A DNA stretch of 64,000 nt from Octopus vulgaris (GCA_951406725.2 OX597814.1:191394001-191458000); one strand, 5' to 3'. Shown: positions 50,403 to 64,000, counted from the first letter of the stretch. The notes: generated by a model from the letters alone, not told the origin. Made by a program: numbers and translations.

Positions 50403-50801
50403 ACTCTTTACTCTCTTTTTACTCTTTTACTTGTTTCAGTCATTTGACTGTGGCCATGCTGGAGCACTGCCTTTAGTCGAGGAAATCAACCCCAGGACTT
50501 ATTCTTTGTAAACCTGGTACTTATACTATTGGTCTCTTTTGCTGAACCACTAAATTACGAGGATGTAAACACACCGGCATCAGTTGTCAAGCGATGTTGG
50601 GGGGGGGACACAAACACATATATATATACATATATACAATGGGCTTCTTTCAGTTTCCGAGTACTAAATCCACTCACAAGGCTTTGGTCGGCCCAAGGCT
50701 ATAGTAGAAGACACTTGCCCAAGGTTGCCATGCAGTGGGACTGAATCTGGAACCATGTGGTTGTTAAGCAAGCTACTTACCACACAGCCACTCCTGCGCC
50801 T
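50403..50801 (-). mobile_element. SINE family A
   Basis: Reverse complement of a full-length family A copy. Confidence 0.9.
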
Positions 50802-51825
50802 ACAGGTAATCTTTTAGATTCATAAATTTAATTTTCATCTCTATTTCTTCTGTACAAGTTAGTTTTAGTTTTGATTGTTTATACAGACGGTCCTCAAGAT
50901 TTGTCTGTCCAAATTTCATACAACTCACAATTTCAAAAGGTCAAGTCGCATGAAAATTGAATATATATGTCTTGAGAACTGCCTGTATATCAACAAAGAA
51001 AAGATATATTTTTCAGAGACTTAAATATATTTCCTTATATTCAACTTACAATGAAAGTAAACAAAGTTTGCTTTAGAAGCATTGAGATGTATTGAAAGAG
51101 GAGAATAAATCATTTCCTTATGTTTTCATTAGATAATGTAAATAAGATGTGAGAGGACAGAACTTTAAGTGTAAAATTCAAGAACATTACAGTAGAATGG
51201 TAAAGAACAATGGAATATTCAAAAGTAGGTAGGTTTTGATTAAATTTATTCATTACTTTCAAGCAGATACAAACATACAATATGTAGAATTCAGTAGCAG
51301 TCATTCACCTGAGTCATAACATATCTGAAGACATATGATATTCATTTTCCATGCTGGCATGAGTTGGAGGTGTTGTCGTAATTTGAATCAGTTGTTATTC
51401 AGAGTGACTGTCCTCTTTAACAAGTCAAGGGACCAGGTATTGCTCATAGGTTTCATTTTGGTTTGATTTCAATGGACGGTTGCCCTTCTTAATGCCAACC
51501 TTTAATCAGAGTGTGCTGGGTGCTATTTATCAAGAAACTAGCACTAGAAAGATTATTAATTTCTTGACAATACAAGTCTAACAGGTCTTCTTGCTCCTAC
51601 ATTTTCCTTGCTTGTTCAGCAATCACCACTGCTGACTAAGGTCTAAATTACAGAGTTCAACAATATTAGGTTAATGAGAGATTGCAAGTCTTAAATCTGC
51701 TAACAGATATAACTTAATGACTTGTGGTGAAAAATCTTATCGCTTAGGCCAAAAAATTATTTTTTTCTGGAATGATGAAATGAACTGTTCCAGAATAAAA
51801 ATACTTTGTGCTGACACCTCATAAA

Positions 51826-52230
51826 AGGCACCTGCGCTGGTTCCGCATGAAAAGGCATGAAAAACACCCTTGCTGGTCCCACATGGAAAGCAACCTTGCC
51901 TGTCCCACATGGAAAGCAACCTTGCCTGTCCCACATGGAAAGCAACCTTGCCGGTCCCACATGGAAAGCAACCTTGCCAGTCCCACATGGAAAGCAACCT
52001 TGCCGGTCCCACATGGAAAGCAACCTTGCCGGTCCCACATGAAAAGCAACCTTGCTGGTCCCACATGAAAAGCGCCCTTGCTGGTTCCACATGAAAAGCA
52101 CCCTTGCTGGTCCCACATGAAAAGCAACCTTGCTGGTCCCACATGAAAAGCAACCTTGCTGGTCCTGCATGAAAAGCACTGTTGCTGGTCCCACATAAAA
52201 AGCACCCTTGCAGGCATCTGTAAAAAGCAC
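51826..52230. repeat. 26-bp minisatellite at the 5' side of an RTE 3' UTR fragment
   Basis: Unit caaccttgccggtcccacatggaaag, about 14 copies, running directly into the (ATG)n-tailed sequence ending ~52387. Confidence 0.95.
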
Positions 52231-54331
52231 CAGATACACTCTGTAAAGTGGTTAGGAAGGACATCCAGCCATAGAAACCAAGCCAAAACAGGCAATCAGA
52301 GTCTAGTACAGTCCTCCAGCTCCTGCCAAACTGTCCAACCCATGCCAGCATAGTAAACAAGCATTAAATGATGATGATGATGATGATTTTGTATTAAGCT
52401 TTTTTCATAAGATCACGAGTTTGTGATATAGAAAGGTATGGAATAATATATACAAAACTAAATTAACCACTTCATTTGTTAAAAATACTTATCGCTACCC
52501 ACCAAATTCTCTCTCCTACCCCACCACAACACATTTCACTCTTTTCATACAACCTACCAAACAACATGTCAGTTCTCTTTCAGGCTCCTGTTTATTCTCA
52601 TTTCTTTTCCGCTGCCACACACTATCACACACCCCGCTCCCCCACCACTACTATCCTTGCCATGCCACTACTGGCACCCCTGCCCACCTTGTACGTTGAA
52701 AGCGAACAGTGACATCTGTCATTACTTATGGGAACTTTACAACTCCACCCCCTACCATCGTCGCTTCTAAAATAGAAATGCAACTCCTCTACAGCCAGAG
52801 ACCTATTCAGCTCTATCACTCTTCTCTCATACTACACCCGTCTCTACTCCTCACTCTTCTCTAAGCAAAGAGTTTCTCCTCTCCATTTGGAGTATGTAAT
52901 TTTGCAAGCTGCTCGGTGACCTCACAAGTGTTGGTAATACAGAAAAAAGCACCAGTATACACTGTAAAGTGATTAGCATTGAAAAGAACAGCCAGGCATA
53001 GAGACCATGCCAGACAGACACTAAAGCATAATACACCCATTAGATTTTGTCAAACTGTCTGATCCATACCAGCATGAAAAGTGGTCATTAAATGATGATG
53101 TCATCATCATTATCATCATCGTTTAACGTCCACTTTCCATGCTAGCACGGGTTGGACGATTTTGACTGAGGGCTGGCGAACCAGACTCCAACCTGGATCT
53201 CACAGAGTTTCTACAGCTGGATGCCCTTCCTAATGCCAACCACTCTGAGAGTGTAGTGGGTGCCTTTTACGTGCCACCGGCATGGGGGCCAGTCAGGCAG
53301 TACTGGCAACGACCTCGCTCAAATCTTTTTACACATTCCACTGGCACAGGTGCCAGTAAGGCAACGCTGGTAACGATCATGCTCGAATGGTGCTTTTTAC
53401 GTGCCACCAGCATAGAAGCCAGTTAGCCGACTGTCGATTTCTTAAATTTCATCGTCATCATCATCGTTTACCATCCGCTTTCCATGCTGGCATGGGTTGG
53501 ACGTTTTGACTAAGAACAGGCAAGCCAGGAGGGTGCTCCAGGCTCCAGTCCAATTTGACAAGGTTTCTACAGCTAGATGCCCTTTCTAATGCTAACCACT
53601 GAGAGTGTAGTGGGTGCTTTTACATGCTACTGACATGGGAGCCAGTCAGGGGGCATTGGCATCAACCATGCTCAAATGGCATTTTTTATGTGCCACCGGC
53701 ATGGGAGCCAGTCAGTGGGCATTGGCATCGACCATGCTCAAATGGTGTTTTTTATGTGCCACTGGTATGGGAGCCAGTCAGACTGCACTGGCATCAGCCG
53801 CACCCAAATGGTGCTTTTATAATGTCCTATTGAATGACATATGAACTGAAATACAAGTCCAATGAACCAATTATTGGTTGCTATCAAGAGAGGTATAATG
53901 GAATTCAGATAGTTTTGATGGAGATTTAATTTTTGTAGGCTATCTATCATAAACCACCTTGAGAAAGCGTCTTCCACTATAGCCTTGAGCCAACACAGCT
54001 TTCTGAACAGATCTGATAGATGGAAACTGAAAGAAGCTTGTTGTATGTGCTTGCGTTTCCTTGTCTTAACATTATGTGATAGGTGTAATCAAGCATCACC
54101 ATCACACAAGCGCTGTCCTTTGCTTCTCAACCACCTGGTTCTAGGATTGAACCCAGAACCAGGTGGTTGAGAAGCACGTTTCTCACCACACAGCCATGCC
54201 TGTGCATATAATATTTACAAAAGAATATCTTCTTTGTTAATTAGGTGTGATCTTAATTTGCTTACTCCAAATCACATCACTTTACCATACCAAAATCCAA
54301 AAATGTTAAAAGACAAACAAATAATACAAAC

Positions 54332-54447
54332 CACCACAGGCCACTTTTATTTCAGGACAGCATTCTACCCAGCATTCCAGAATCAAAGGAATTAGTGTTC
54401 TGATGAAACGCTGCACGTAAGATTTGTCCTTAAGCAGATGACGACCA
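54332..54447 (-). CDS. TEX10: TEX10 coding exon 3
   Basis: ctcttttccag / GRHLLKDKSYVQRFIRTLIPLILECWVECCPEIKVACG / gtttgt; conserved IPL..ECWVE motif; the donor could alternatively be 3 nt earlier (54335). Confidence 0.9.
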
Positions 54448-55256
54448 CTGGAAAAGAGAGAAAAATAAAATCAATACAAATTACTATAAGCATACAAAAG
54501 ATTTTAAAATTTTCATCATCATCATTATCATCATCGTTTAATGCCCGTTTTCCATGCTGGTATGGGTCGGACGGTTTGACTGAGGTCTGGAGAGCCAGCA
54601 GCTGCACCAGGCTCCAATCTGATCTGGCAATGTTTCTACAGTTGGATGCCTTTCCTAACACCAACCAATCCGAGGGTGTAGTGGGTGCTTTTTACGTGCA
54701 ACTGGCACGCGGGCCAGTCAGGGGGTACTGGCATCAGCCATGTTCAGAAGGTGCTTTTTATGTGCCACACACACATATATCAAACTATTTCTCTCTTTCA
54801 CACACGCACAGGCATAGCTATGTGGTTAAAAAGTTCACTTCACAACCATGTGATTTTGAGTTCAGTCCTACTATGTGGCATCTGGGGCAAGTGTCTTCTT
54901 CTATAGCCCTGGGATAACAAATACCCTGTGATTGAATTTGGTAGGAAAAACTGAATGGAAGTCCATTATTTATACATTCATATACTAGACTTTAAGGAAA
55001 CAATTGTTGAAGTCAATTTGATTGACTAAACCTTTCACAGCAGTGCTGCATCATGGTTGCAATCCAATAACCACACAAAAAAAAAAGCAGCAGCAACAGC
55101 AGGGGAGGGGCAACCCCCAAAAGAATGAAAGGTAAAGTCAACCTCGGTGGAGTTTGAACTCAGAATGTAGCGAAGGACAAAACACCGCTAAGCATTTCGC
55201 CTGGCATACTAACAACTCTGCCAGCTTGCTGCCTTAATAATAATCATTATTGTCAT

Positions 55257-55257
<1 letters not shown>

Positions 55258-55297
<40 letters not shown>

Positions 55298-55972
55298 TAA
55301 TAATAATAATAAAAATAAATAATAATAACAATAATAATAATAATATGGAAGTGTTATCATGTACATTGTTTTGTCTTGGTATAAAAGATGGGCTACAGCA
55401 AATATTCTGCTCAATACCACAGATTTGCTTCTCAGTTGTTTGACTTTAACCAGTTGAGCATGTCTCTTAGTGGCTGACGATATGTGCATCTCTGATCATG
55501 AGCAGAAGTAGTGGGGGAGCATCATACCCATGTGTTGAGAGGGATTCTTTGAGGTTTGAATAATTCACCTCTGGAAACATGGGTGGTTCTTTCAACATCC
55601 TTAAACAACCCTTATTCAGGGACCTTTTGAGCGAGATGGGCTACTCAACCTGAAGAAAATTCTAACTGGGCCCCACCTGCAAGGTCATGTGCTGTTTATC
55701 TTTTTATGAAATCACCATGTCGCGCACATATGGTTGTGATGCATGTGCCTGGTGTACTCTTATCAGACGGGCAGTCATGATGGGTATATTGGGCTTCGTA
55801 TATTTTTACCCCAGTGTCACTTTGATGGCATGAACTGCTCTCTCACTCAATAATAATAGTAGTAGTAATAAAATAATAGAAAAGAAATAGATAAAGCAAA
55901 ATCCCAACAATGGCTGAAAAGCTCAGGATTCAAAGCAGAGACTGAAGGATTTTTAATTGCAGCACAAGATCA
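55258..55972 (+). mobile_element. (TAA)n-embedded repeat plus R4/Dong RT fragment
   Basis: About 500-bp insert bounded by (AAT)n tracts; 55885-55972 encodes EIDKAKSQQWLKSSGFKAETEGFLIAAQDQ, a Dong/R4 motif. Confidence 0.65.
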
Positions 55973-57154
55973 GTGGCACATAAAAAGCACCCACTACACT
56001 CTTGGAGTGGTTGGTGTTATGAAGGGCATTCAGCTGTAGAAACATTGCCAGATCAGATTGGAGCCTGGTGCAGCCATCTGGTTCACCAGTCCTCAGTCAA
56101 ATCGTCCAACCCATGCCAGTATGGAAAACGGACATTAAACAATGATGATGATGAGATATAATGTCTATACATGCACCAGATCCTAATCTCACACCCAATC
56201 TTTTTGCAGCACTCATCTTACACCACCTCCTTTGCCAGATTTCCAACACAAGGATTATTCACCTACTTGATAACAGAATCTTCACAAATTTCATCATTTC
56301 ATCCCCAATGTGCTTCTAGTTACCTCTCCCTCTTGCCAGAACTGTTTCCTTTAATATCCATCCTTCATTCTTATTATCTTTCTGCACTTATTTTCTACTG
56401 CTCACCATTTCTGTGCCTCCAGTTTATCTCTCCCTCTCCTCAGAACAACATCTTAAGATTGCCATACTTCATCTTTAAACACTCTCTCATATCTGCTGTC
56501 AATATCCCATCACCATTGTCCACTCACAATAAGCCATCACTACAAACTGCTAGTCTCTGTAGAACATCTGTTTGTCTATCTCTCTGTCGCTCTCTCTCTC
56601 TCTTTCTCTCCCTATCTTCTTATCTATCTACAAGCTTCCTCTAACTTCTGATCTATCTATAAGCTTATTTTTATTGTTGCTGAATCTGAAATCACAGAAT
56701 TGCGTAGCAAACTTCTTAACTATAGAGCCTTCCCTGCACCAACATTACAAGACTGCAATTTTAATTTAACCCATTAGCAGGTAAACCAGCAATACCTGGC
56801 CTATATATTCTTCCTATCATATGTTCAAACTAACCAGATCTGGCCTCTCACACCTGGCAGGCATTGACCATGTCCGGATGGTGCTTTTTACATGCTACTG
56901 GCACGGGGAGTCAGTCAGGTGGCTCTGGCAGCGACCCGTGCATGAATGGTACATATTGCATTCCACCAGCACTGGTAACAGCCACAACTACAAGTTCCAT
57001 TTGATTGTGATTTGATTTGATTTTGATTTACTTGACTCAATAGGTCTCCACAATCACATTATCAAAATTCCAAAGCTTTGAGATAATTCATGATCAATTC
57101 CAAACAATGAGAATAAATAAGTATTACATCTGCCAGACTAATCCGAATGCTTGA

Positions 57155-57635
57155 AATCGAAATCAAATTCGATGACTGGCATCCGTGTTAGTGGAGAGCT
57201 AAGAGCACCATCCGAGCGTGATTGTTGCCAGAGCAGCAAACTGGCTTCCATGCCGGTGGCACATAAAAAGCACCATTCGAGCGTGATCGTTACCAGCGTC
57301 GCCTTACTGGCACTTGTGTCGGTGGCATGTGAAAAAACATTCAAGCAAGGTCATTGCCAGTGCTGCTGGACTGGCTCCTGTGCATGTGGCACATAAAAAA
57401 CACCATCTGAGCGTGGCCGTTGCCAATACCGCCTGACTGGCCCTCGTGCCAGTGGCACATAAAAGCACCCACTACATTCTCGGAGTGGTTGGCATTAGGA
57501 AGGGCATCCAGCTGTAGAAACTCTGCCAGATCAGATTGGAGCCTGGAGCAGCCACCTGGTTCGCCAGTCCTCAGTCAAATCGTCCAACCCATGCTAGCAT
57601 GGAAAGCGGATGTTAAACGATGATGATGATAATGA
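57155..57635 (+). mobile_element. RTE 3' UTR fragment with subrepeats and (ATG)n tail
   Basis: Same family as 30350-30572, 53100-53820, 54514-54770 and 58395-58720. Confidence 0.8.
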
Positions 57636-58900
57636 TATGAATAAATTATGGAGTATAACCTAAGAAAGCCATTCAATGTGTTTTGTCATGGAGAAAATTT
57701 CTTGCTGTAGACAAATAGTGCAAATATGAGTTCTAATATACCATAAGCATATTTGAACTGGTAATAAGATTGCATTTATATATAATTTGGACAATTTGGA
57801 GTTGGGTTGGTACTAAAAGGATTAAGCAAAATTTAATGCATTTCACTAGCCATCAATTTTTCTATATGGATTGGACATGTCCTCTCCCATACAGCATCTT
57901 GTCACTTGTCAAACTCCTTTGTGAGGTCCAGCTTCTGAAAATCAAACTCTTTTCATTACCTTTGCTCATGTCTTCCTTCAAACTCTTGGTACTTCTTTAC
58001 CCAGCAATCGTAACTCATGCATTTCATGTCTGTGTCAACAGTTTTCTCTTTAGCACAAAACACCTGATTCTTTTTATACCCAGTTTTACTCTCAGCTCTT
58101 TTGTGCCTCTTCATTCCCAGTATTTGATGAGAATTTACATTGCATTACACATCCAGAGGAGGACGCTTACTTCATTTCTTTCCACTGTACATCCTTTGCA
58201 TTCAAAGCTCCATATCTTATTATTTGCAACATTGTACTTCATACCTAAGTATCATACACTCTATCCTTTGTTTGTATACCATTAAATAGAAAGGATTTCA
58301 ACTTAACTGTTGCAAATCACTGGCATAATATCTCAATTTTCCATAGAGACTCACAAAATTTGAATTTTGAAAGGCAAGATTTGGTATCTTAATTATTGCT
58401 TGAGGAGACCTATTGAGTCAAGTACATCAACATCAAAAAATCAAATGGAAATTGTAGTTGTGATACCTGTGCCGGTGGCACGTAAAAAGCACCATCTGAA
58501 CGTGGCCGTTGCCAGCCTCCCCTGGCACCTGTGTCGGTGGCATGTAAAAAGCACCCACTACACTCACGGAGTGGTTGGCATTAGGAAGGGCATCCAGCTG
58601 TAGAAACACTGCCAGATCAGACTGGAGCCTGGTGCAGCCTCCTGGCTTCCCAGGCCCCAGTTGAACCATCCAACCCATGCTAGCATGGAAAACAGACGTT
58701 AAAAGATGATGATGATGATCACCTAAATAATAAGAAACCGGCTTAAAAAGAATTATGAAAAAAAAAAAAAGACACTGCACAAATCAAAACTGACTGGAAC
58801 CATTGTCAACCAAATTTTACCCAAGATGGACCAACAACTTTTTAGAATTTAAATGTTTCTGATAGCTACAGAAGATTTTTATAAACATAAGATTCATTCT

Positions 58901-59597
58901 TTAACCCTTTCGTTACCAACCCGGCTGAAACTGGCTCTGTGGTACAAATGTCTTGTTTTCATAAGTTTTGAATAAAAATCTTCCACAAAAACTTTGTCAC
59001 AATTTATGTTCCTAACAATAGCTGAAAGATAACTAAGTTATTTTACTAAATTCTTTGTTATATTTAAAATTAATTGAAAGAAACACAGAACATCTTAAAA
59101 TAAATAAGGTAACAAAAGGGTTAAGATATATAATAGAGAAATAATTCTTAACCCTTTTGAAACCAGCCCAGCTGAAACTGCCTCTGGCTCTGTAGTACAA
59201 ATGTTTTATTTTCAAAAGTTCTGAATTAAATCTTCCACTAAACCTTAGTTATCTTTCAGATAGTGTTAGGAACATGAATTGTGACTAAGTTATTTTACTA
59301 ATTTCTTTGTTATATTTAAAGTAATTGAAACAAACACAGAGCATCTCAAAATTAACCCTTTAGTGTTTAAACCGGCCATATCTGGCCCAAATATTCTATG
59401 TTTTATATTCAAACTGGCAATATCTAGCCTTTCACACCTAACCAACAATGCCATTCTAAAATTAAACAATCACATCATTGAAACCTCAAAGCTATGAGAT
59501 AATGCTTGATTAATTCAAAACAATTTGAGTGAAAAAGTATTACATTTAACAGAGTAATCTGAACACTAAAGGGTTAATGCAGTAACAAAAGGGTTAA
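58901..59597. mobile_element. TTAA MITE dimer with a second TTAA MITE nested at 59352-59577
   Basis: Same unit and near-identical spacer as 27550-28281; host end tgcagtaacaaaagggttaa resumes after the nested element. Confidence 0.85.
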
Positions 59598-59634
59598 ACA
59601 ATTGGTAGATTCAAATGAAGACTTAGTTCCTTAC

Positions 59635-60380
59635 CTTGAACTGTTTTTCTTTCTCACTTGATAAAGTTCATTCAGTCGAAGTATAACACGTTGATCCTCT
59701 TCATAGTCAGTCCATTGAATAACAACATTCTTACTAGAATTAGGATGAATTCCATTAGCTGTTAAACAGTTGGACACTGAACCATTAAGTCCTGATACTG
59801 TATGGTTATCTTCTGCAATTATTAATTCTAACATTTTAGAGATACGCTGCAAAACACCCAACCTCCATTTGATGGAAGATAATTTGCTATTGGGGTCGAC
59901 ACTTAGAGAACGGGTTGATTTAGAATCCATGAAATTGTTCTTGGATAATTTACCTAAAACTTTTTTACCATGGGACTGGCGTATTAATGAAATCTGCTGT
60001 AAAAAGTTTGGTAACAGCTGGCATGAATTTTGGATAAGCTGCTTTGGATAATGATGTAGAAGCAGATCAAGAATTGACAATGAGTGTTGCTGACGGGCTT
60101 CATCAATGTGAGTCATGGCACAGCACAGATGGGCACTTAACAGAGGAAAGAAAGGACTGAGTACGTTTTCACTGACAAATGGTAAGATGGACTTAAGCAG
60201 ATGTAAGTTGGCCTGGCGGACATTACTCTCTTTATCAATGAATAGTTCAGCTATCTTCTGCATAATTTGTGATAGGTTTTCAGACAGAAGTTCGGGATAA
60301 TCAACCAACAATTCTCGTAATCCATTCACGCCATCTCTGCGGATTGTAGAGTTGTAATGTTGACATTGGCTCATCAAATC
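59635..60380 (-). CDS. TEX10: TEX10 coding exon 2 (Ipi1_N region)
   Basis: gtctccctag / DLMSQCQHYNSTIRRDGVNGLRELL...LSPFFPLLSAHLCCAMTHI...LLPNFLQQIS...KWRLGVL / gtaagg; phase 0-2. Confidence 0.95.
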
Positions 60381-60424
60381 CTAGGGAGACAAATAAAAAG
60401 TTTATAATAAATTTAGATTCTCTA

Positions 60425-60834
60425 GGATCTTTTCGGTTTGAACGGCAGTTTTTAACATAATTTCTAGGTAACTAAAAAATTTTAAACTTTGTATACCGGT
60501 AGAATGTGTTTATAAAACATCTTTTCTCTTGGCTTTATTGAGAAAATTCTATAGTTTGTAAGATATTTGTTGTTTTTTTCTTCAATTTCTGTAATTTCAA
60601 CCAATCAAATACATCCATTAAGGTAAAAAAAAACATTCTGTGCCATATGAATATGTCCCTCGTTTAAGAAACAGATTGGGTTTATTTACATTTGTGAAGA
60701 AAAAAAGATACCATTCCACCACCCTAACCCTAAAACAGATTGAAATGCAATAGATCGATACTAGGGTCATAATTATGGGTGACAATTTCATATGACAACA
60801 CTAGAAAAAACTGCTGTTCAAACCGAAAAGATTC
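60425..60834. mobile_element. MITE with GGATCTTTTCGGTTTGAAC TIRs
   Basis: Copy of 24638-25052; 8-bp TSD attctcta. Confidence 0.85.
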
Positions 60835-63064
60835 ATTCTCTATAACCACATTTTATAGCTGACGGAAAAAGATATTCAATGAGATAATAAAGAAACTTTA
60901 ATGTGTCGAAAACAAAACCTTATAATGAAAATATTACTTTTAAATTAATCAAAAAAATGAACATTATTATGAAGAAAGCAATTATTGTATCTGGCTCATT
61001 CTGTCTACAATTTCATAACTGAGCCATCATCATTTAATGTCGGTTTTCCATGCTGGCATGAGTTGGATGGTTTGACAAGAGCTGCACTAGGTTTCAATTG
61101 TCTGTTTTGGCACGCTTTCTATGGTTGGATGCCCTTCCTAACACCAACCCCTTTACAGAGTGTACTGGGTGCTTTTTAGGTGACAACAAAAATATTTAGT
61201 CAAACCATCTATAAAGGTATTTACAAGGATGTAATAAATAAGGGTATTTACAAGAAAAGATGTAATATTTTTTTTAACTAAAGACATGCACACACACACA
61301 CTATTTCAGATAACACATCTCATGATTTCTCATCACCATTTTAATATCTTTTTCACCTGCGCTCACTTGGACAAGGAATATTAAAGAACTTTAAAACAAT
61401 TTTGATCTTACTTCAGTCACTGGACTGTGGCCATTCAGGGGCACCGCCTCAAAGGGTTTAATCCAACTGACCCCAGTAAGTCTGGTACTTATTCTATTTA
61501 TCTCTTTCACCAAACCGCTAAGTTACAGGAACTTAAACAAACCATCAATGTTTGTCCAGTGGAAGACATACACAAACAGGCATCCACACAGTTTCTGTTT
61601 ACCAAATTCTATCACAAGGCATTGCTCAGTCCAGGGCTATAGTAGAAGACAACTGCCAAGTTACTAACCAATGGGACTGAACCAACAACTACATGGTAAC
61701 ACTGTAACCTTCTTAAACACGCAGCCATGCGTAAAATAAAAGAAAAGCTATATTCTATACTAACCGAAAATATACACTAACTATTTTAAACTTGCATTGA
61801 TTTCCAATGCTGTTACAGTAATGAACAAATCTGTTGCTTCCATCGTTATCCAATATATTTGTCTCAGCTCTGGGCTGGGTGTGAGATAACATGAAGTTAT
61901 TCTGTCTCAGAAAATCTTTACTGATTTTTTTCAAAATGTGTGGTCTTGTACTGGCAGATGAAGCAAAATCCAGATAGTGCCCTTCACCCACCAACCAAAA
62001 CCTATTTCATATTCAAACTTTTCAATAGTAATTTTGACGCACAACTCTTCAAATTCATCCTGGCTTTGGGTAAAAGAAAATACAGGAGGATCAGTTAATT
62101 ATGATTTTAATCAACATATTTCCCTCTCAGACTCACACACTAGTGGTCTTTTAGTTTTTTTAAGCCCTGTAAAAGAACTCGGAAATTTGGGCCTCCAAAC
62201 CAAGCCTTTCGTGATACCCTTAAAGCCAGGAACTTTTCAGCATCCTTTGTATAAGATCTTCAGTTCCTAAATTCTGGTGTTTGGTAACTTAACCTATACA
62301 ATCATCAACACAGTTTTAGTTATAAAGAAATTAAATGATAATATGTTGTTTTAGGCATTGAATTCAGGATTGTATTTACTCTAACTGCAAAATACAGAGC
62401 AAACTAATGATATACTAAATGGCAGGATTGAAGTAGTAGAAGAAACAGTGTTTACATGCACTCAGTTTGCTTCAAACCTTATACAGCATTGTATAGGGTT
62501 TGGCACAAGGCCAGCAATTTCAAGGCAGTGGAATAAGGCATATTTAACGTTCATTTACTTCTGGGCATATGAAGAAGCATCTGAAAGAAAAAGTCAATGG
62601 GAGCTAGGATGGAATAGTGAGACTATTTGTAATGGAAGAATTTCCTCCAAGGATGATGATAATGACATATGCACAGTTGATTCACTTATTTCAGAAAAAT
62701 GTGTCAAAACAGACACTGGGGCTTGTAGCAATCCCCTGGCTCCTCAGCTCCTGCCATACTGTCCAACCCATGCTAGCCTGGAAAGCATGTATTTGATGGT
62801 GATGGTGTTAGGAAGGGCATCAGCTGTAAAAAATCCTGCCAAAACAGTCACAGAAGTCTGGTGCAGGCTTCTGCCTGGCTGGCTCTTGTGAAACCGTCCT
62901 GCCCATGCTAGCATGGAAAGCGGACATTAAACAATGATGATGATGATACGTTTCTTCCGGCTCTTTACATTTTGAGTTCAACTCTACCCTCACTCCTTTC
63001 AAGGTCAATAAAATAAAGTACCAGTCAAGTACTGGAATCACTGTAACCAACCAGTCACACTCTC

Positions 63065-63460
63065 TTTACTCTTTTACTTGTTTCAGTCATTTGACTGCGG
63101 CCATGCTGGAGCACCGCCTTTAGTCGAGCAAATCGACCCCGGGACTTATTCTTTGTAAGCCCAGTACTTATTCTATCGGTCTCTTTTGCCGAACCGCTAA
63201 GTTACGGGGACGTAAACACACCAGCATCGGTTGTCAAGCAATGCTAGGGGGACAAACACAGACACACATACATATATATATATATATATACATATATACG
63301 ACAGGCTTCTTTCAGTTTCCGTCTACCAAATCCTCTCACAAGGCATTGGTCGGCCCGGGGCTATAGCAGAAGACACTTGCCCAAGATGCCACGCAGTGGG
63401 ACTGAACCCGGAACCATGTGGTTGGTTAGCAAGCTACTTACCACACAGCCACTCCTGCGC
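63065..63460 (-). mobile_element. SINE family A, young full-length copy
   Basis: CpG-rich intact copy flanked by a ~102-bp direct duplication. Confidence 0.92.
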
Positions 63461-63618
63461 CTTTACATTTTGAGTTCAACTCTACCCTCACTCCTTTCAG
63501 GGTCAATAAAATAAAGTACCAGTCAAGTACTGGAATCACTGTAACCAACCAGTCGCACTCTCTCCACAAATTTCAGGTCTTGTGTCTATATTAATACAAA
63601 GAAGAAAATATGATTTAC

Positions 63619-63816
63619 CTTAATACTTAAATTACGTTTTGTAGTTGGTAAAGATGGATCTTTGGTACGAATATGTTGCAGCACTTGAATGGTTCTGGTT
63701 TTAAAGCTGGTGTCTGTAAAATTATCCTTTTTCGGCAGCTTTTTGCCAACTTTGACTTTTCTCTTTTTAAAATCTTCATTTTTTTTCTTCTTTAATTTCT
63801 GTTTTGCTTTGCCCAT
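63619..63816 (-). CDS. TEX10: TEX10 first coding exon
   Basis: MGKAKQKLKKKKNEDFKKRKVKVGKKLPKKDNFTDTSFKTRTI is the TEX10/Ipi1 N-terminal motif; donor gtaaat; an acceptor (atttcag) 2 nt before ATG implies an upstream non-coding exon outside the window. Confidence 0.95.
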
Positions 63817-64000
63817 GTCTGAAATATGAATATTTACAATGTTTAATTACCATACTTAAATGGCGGTGCCCCAGCATGGCCACAGCTCATTAGCTGAAAC
63901 TAGAAAAATCAAAATCAATACAAACAATTTCCTTAGTTTTATTTAATCCTTTGGATACCAACCCAGCTGAGACTACTCTGGATTCTATGATACTCTCTCT

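Noticed and set aside
51737-52360. 207-aa and 160-aa Cys-rich repetitive ORFs
   Set aside because: Translation of the 26-bp minisatellite; open in several frames, no splice or homology support.

Overview
AT-rich, repeat-dense eukaryotic DNA. The repeat families look like those of a coleoid cephalopod, probably Octopus; this is recognition from memory, not a database result. Two convergent intron-containing genes are present. A calponin/transgelin-family gene (Mp20/myophilin-like) lies on + with three coding exons at 13459-17698; its first coding exon was not found. A TEX10 (Ipi1/rixosome subunit) gene lies on -, with 13 coding exons from 63816 to 24289 that join in frame through GT-AG junctions into about 862 aa. 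The rest is transposon debris: CR1, RTE and R4/Dong LINE fragments, several tRNA-headed SINE families, a Tc1/mariner relic, hAT-, piggyBac- and Mutator-like MITEs, Helitron-like elements, and micro/minisatellites. The most unusual signal is four type-I hammerhead ribozyme-like motifs in TEX10 introns. One has a fully canonical core, one sits in the tail of a tRNA-headed SINE with a snap-back 5' junction, and two have compensatory 3:8 core pairs (G3:C8, U3:A8) but are damaged. Most ORF-track ORFs are spurious.
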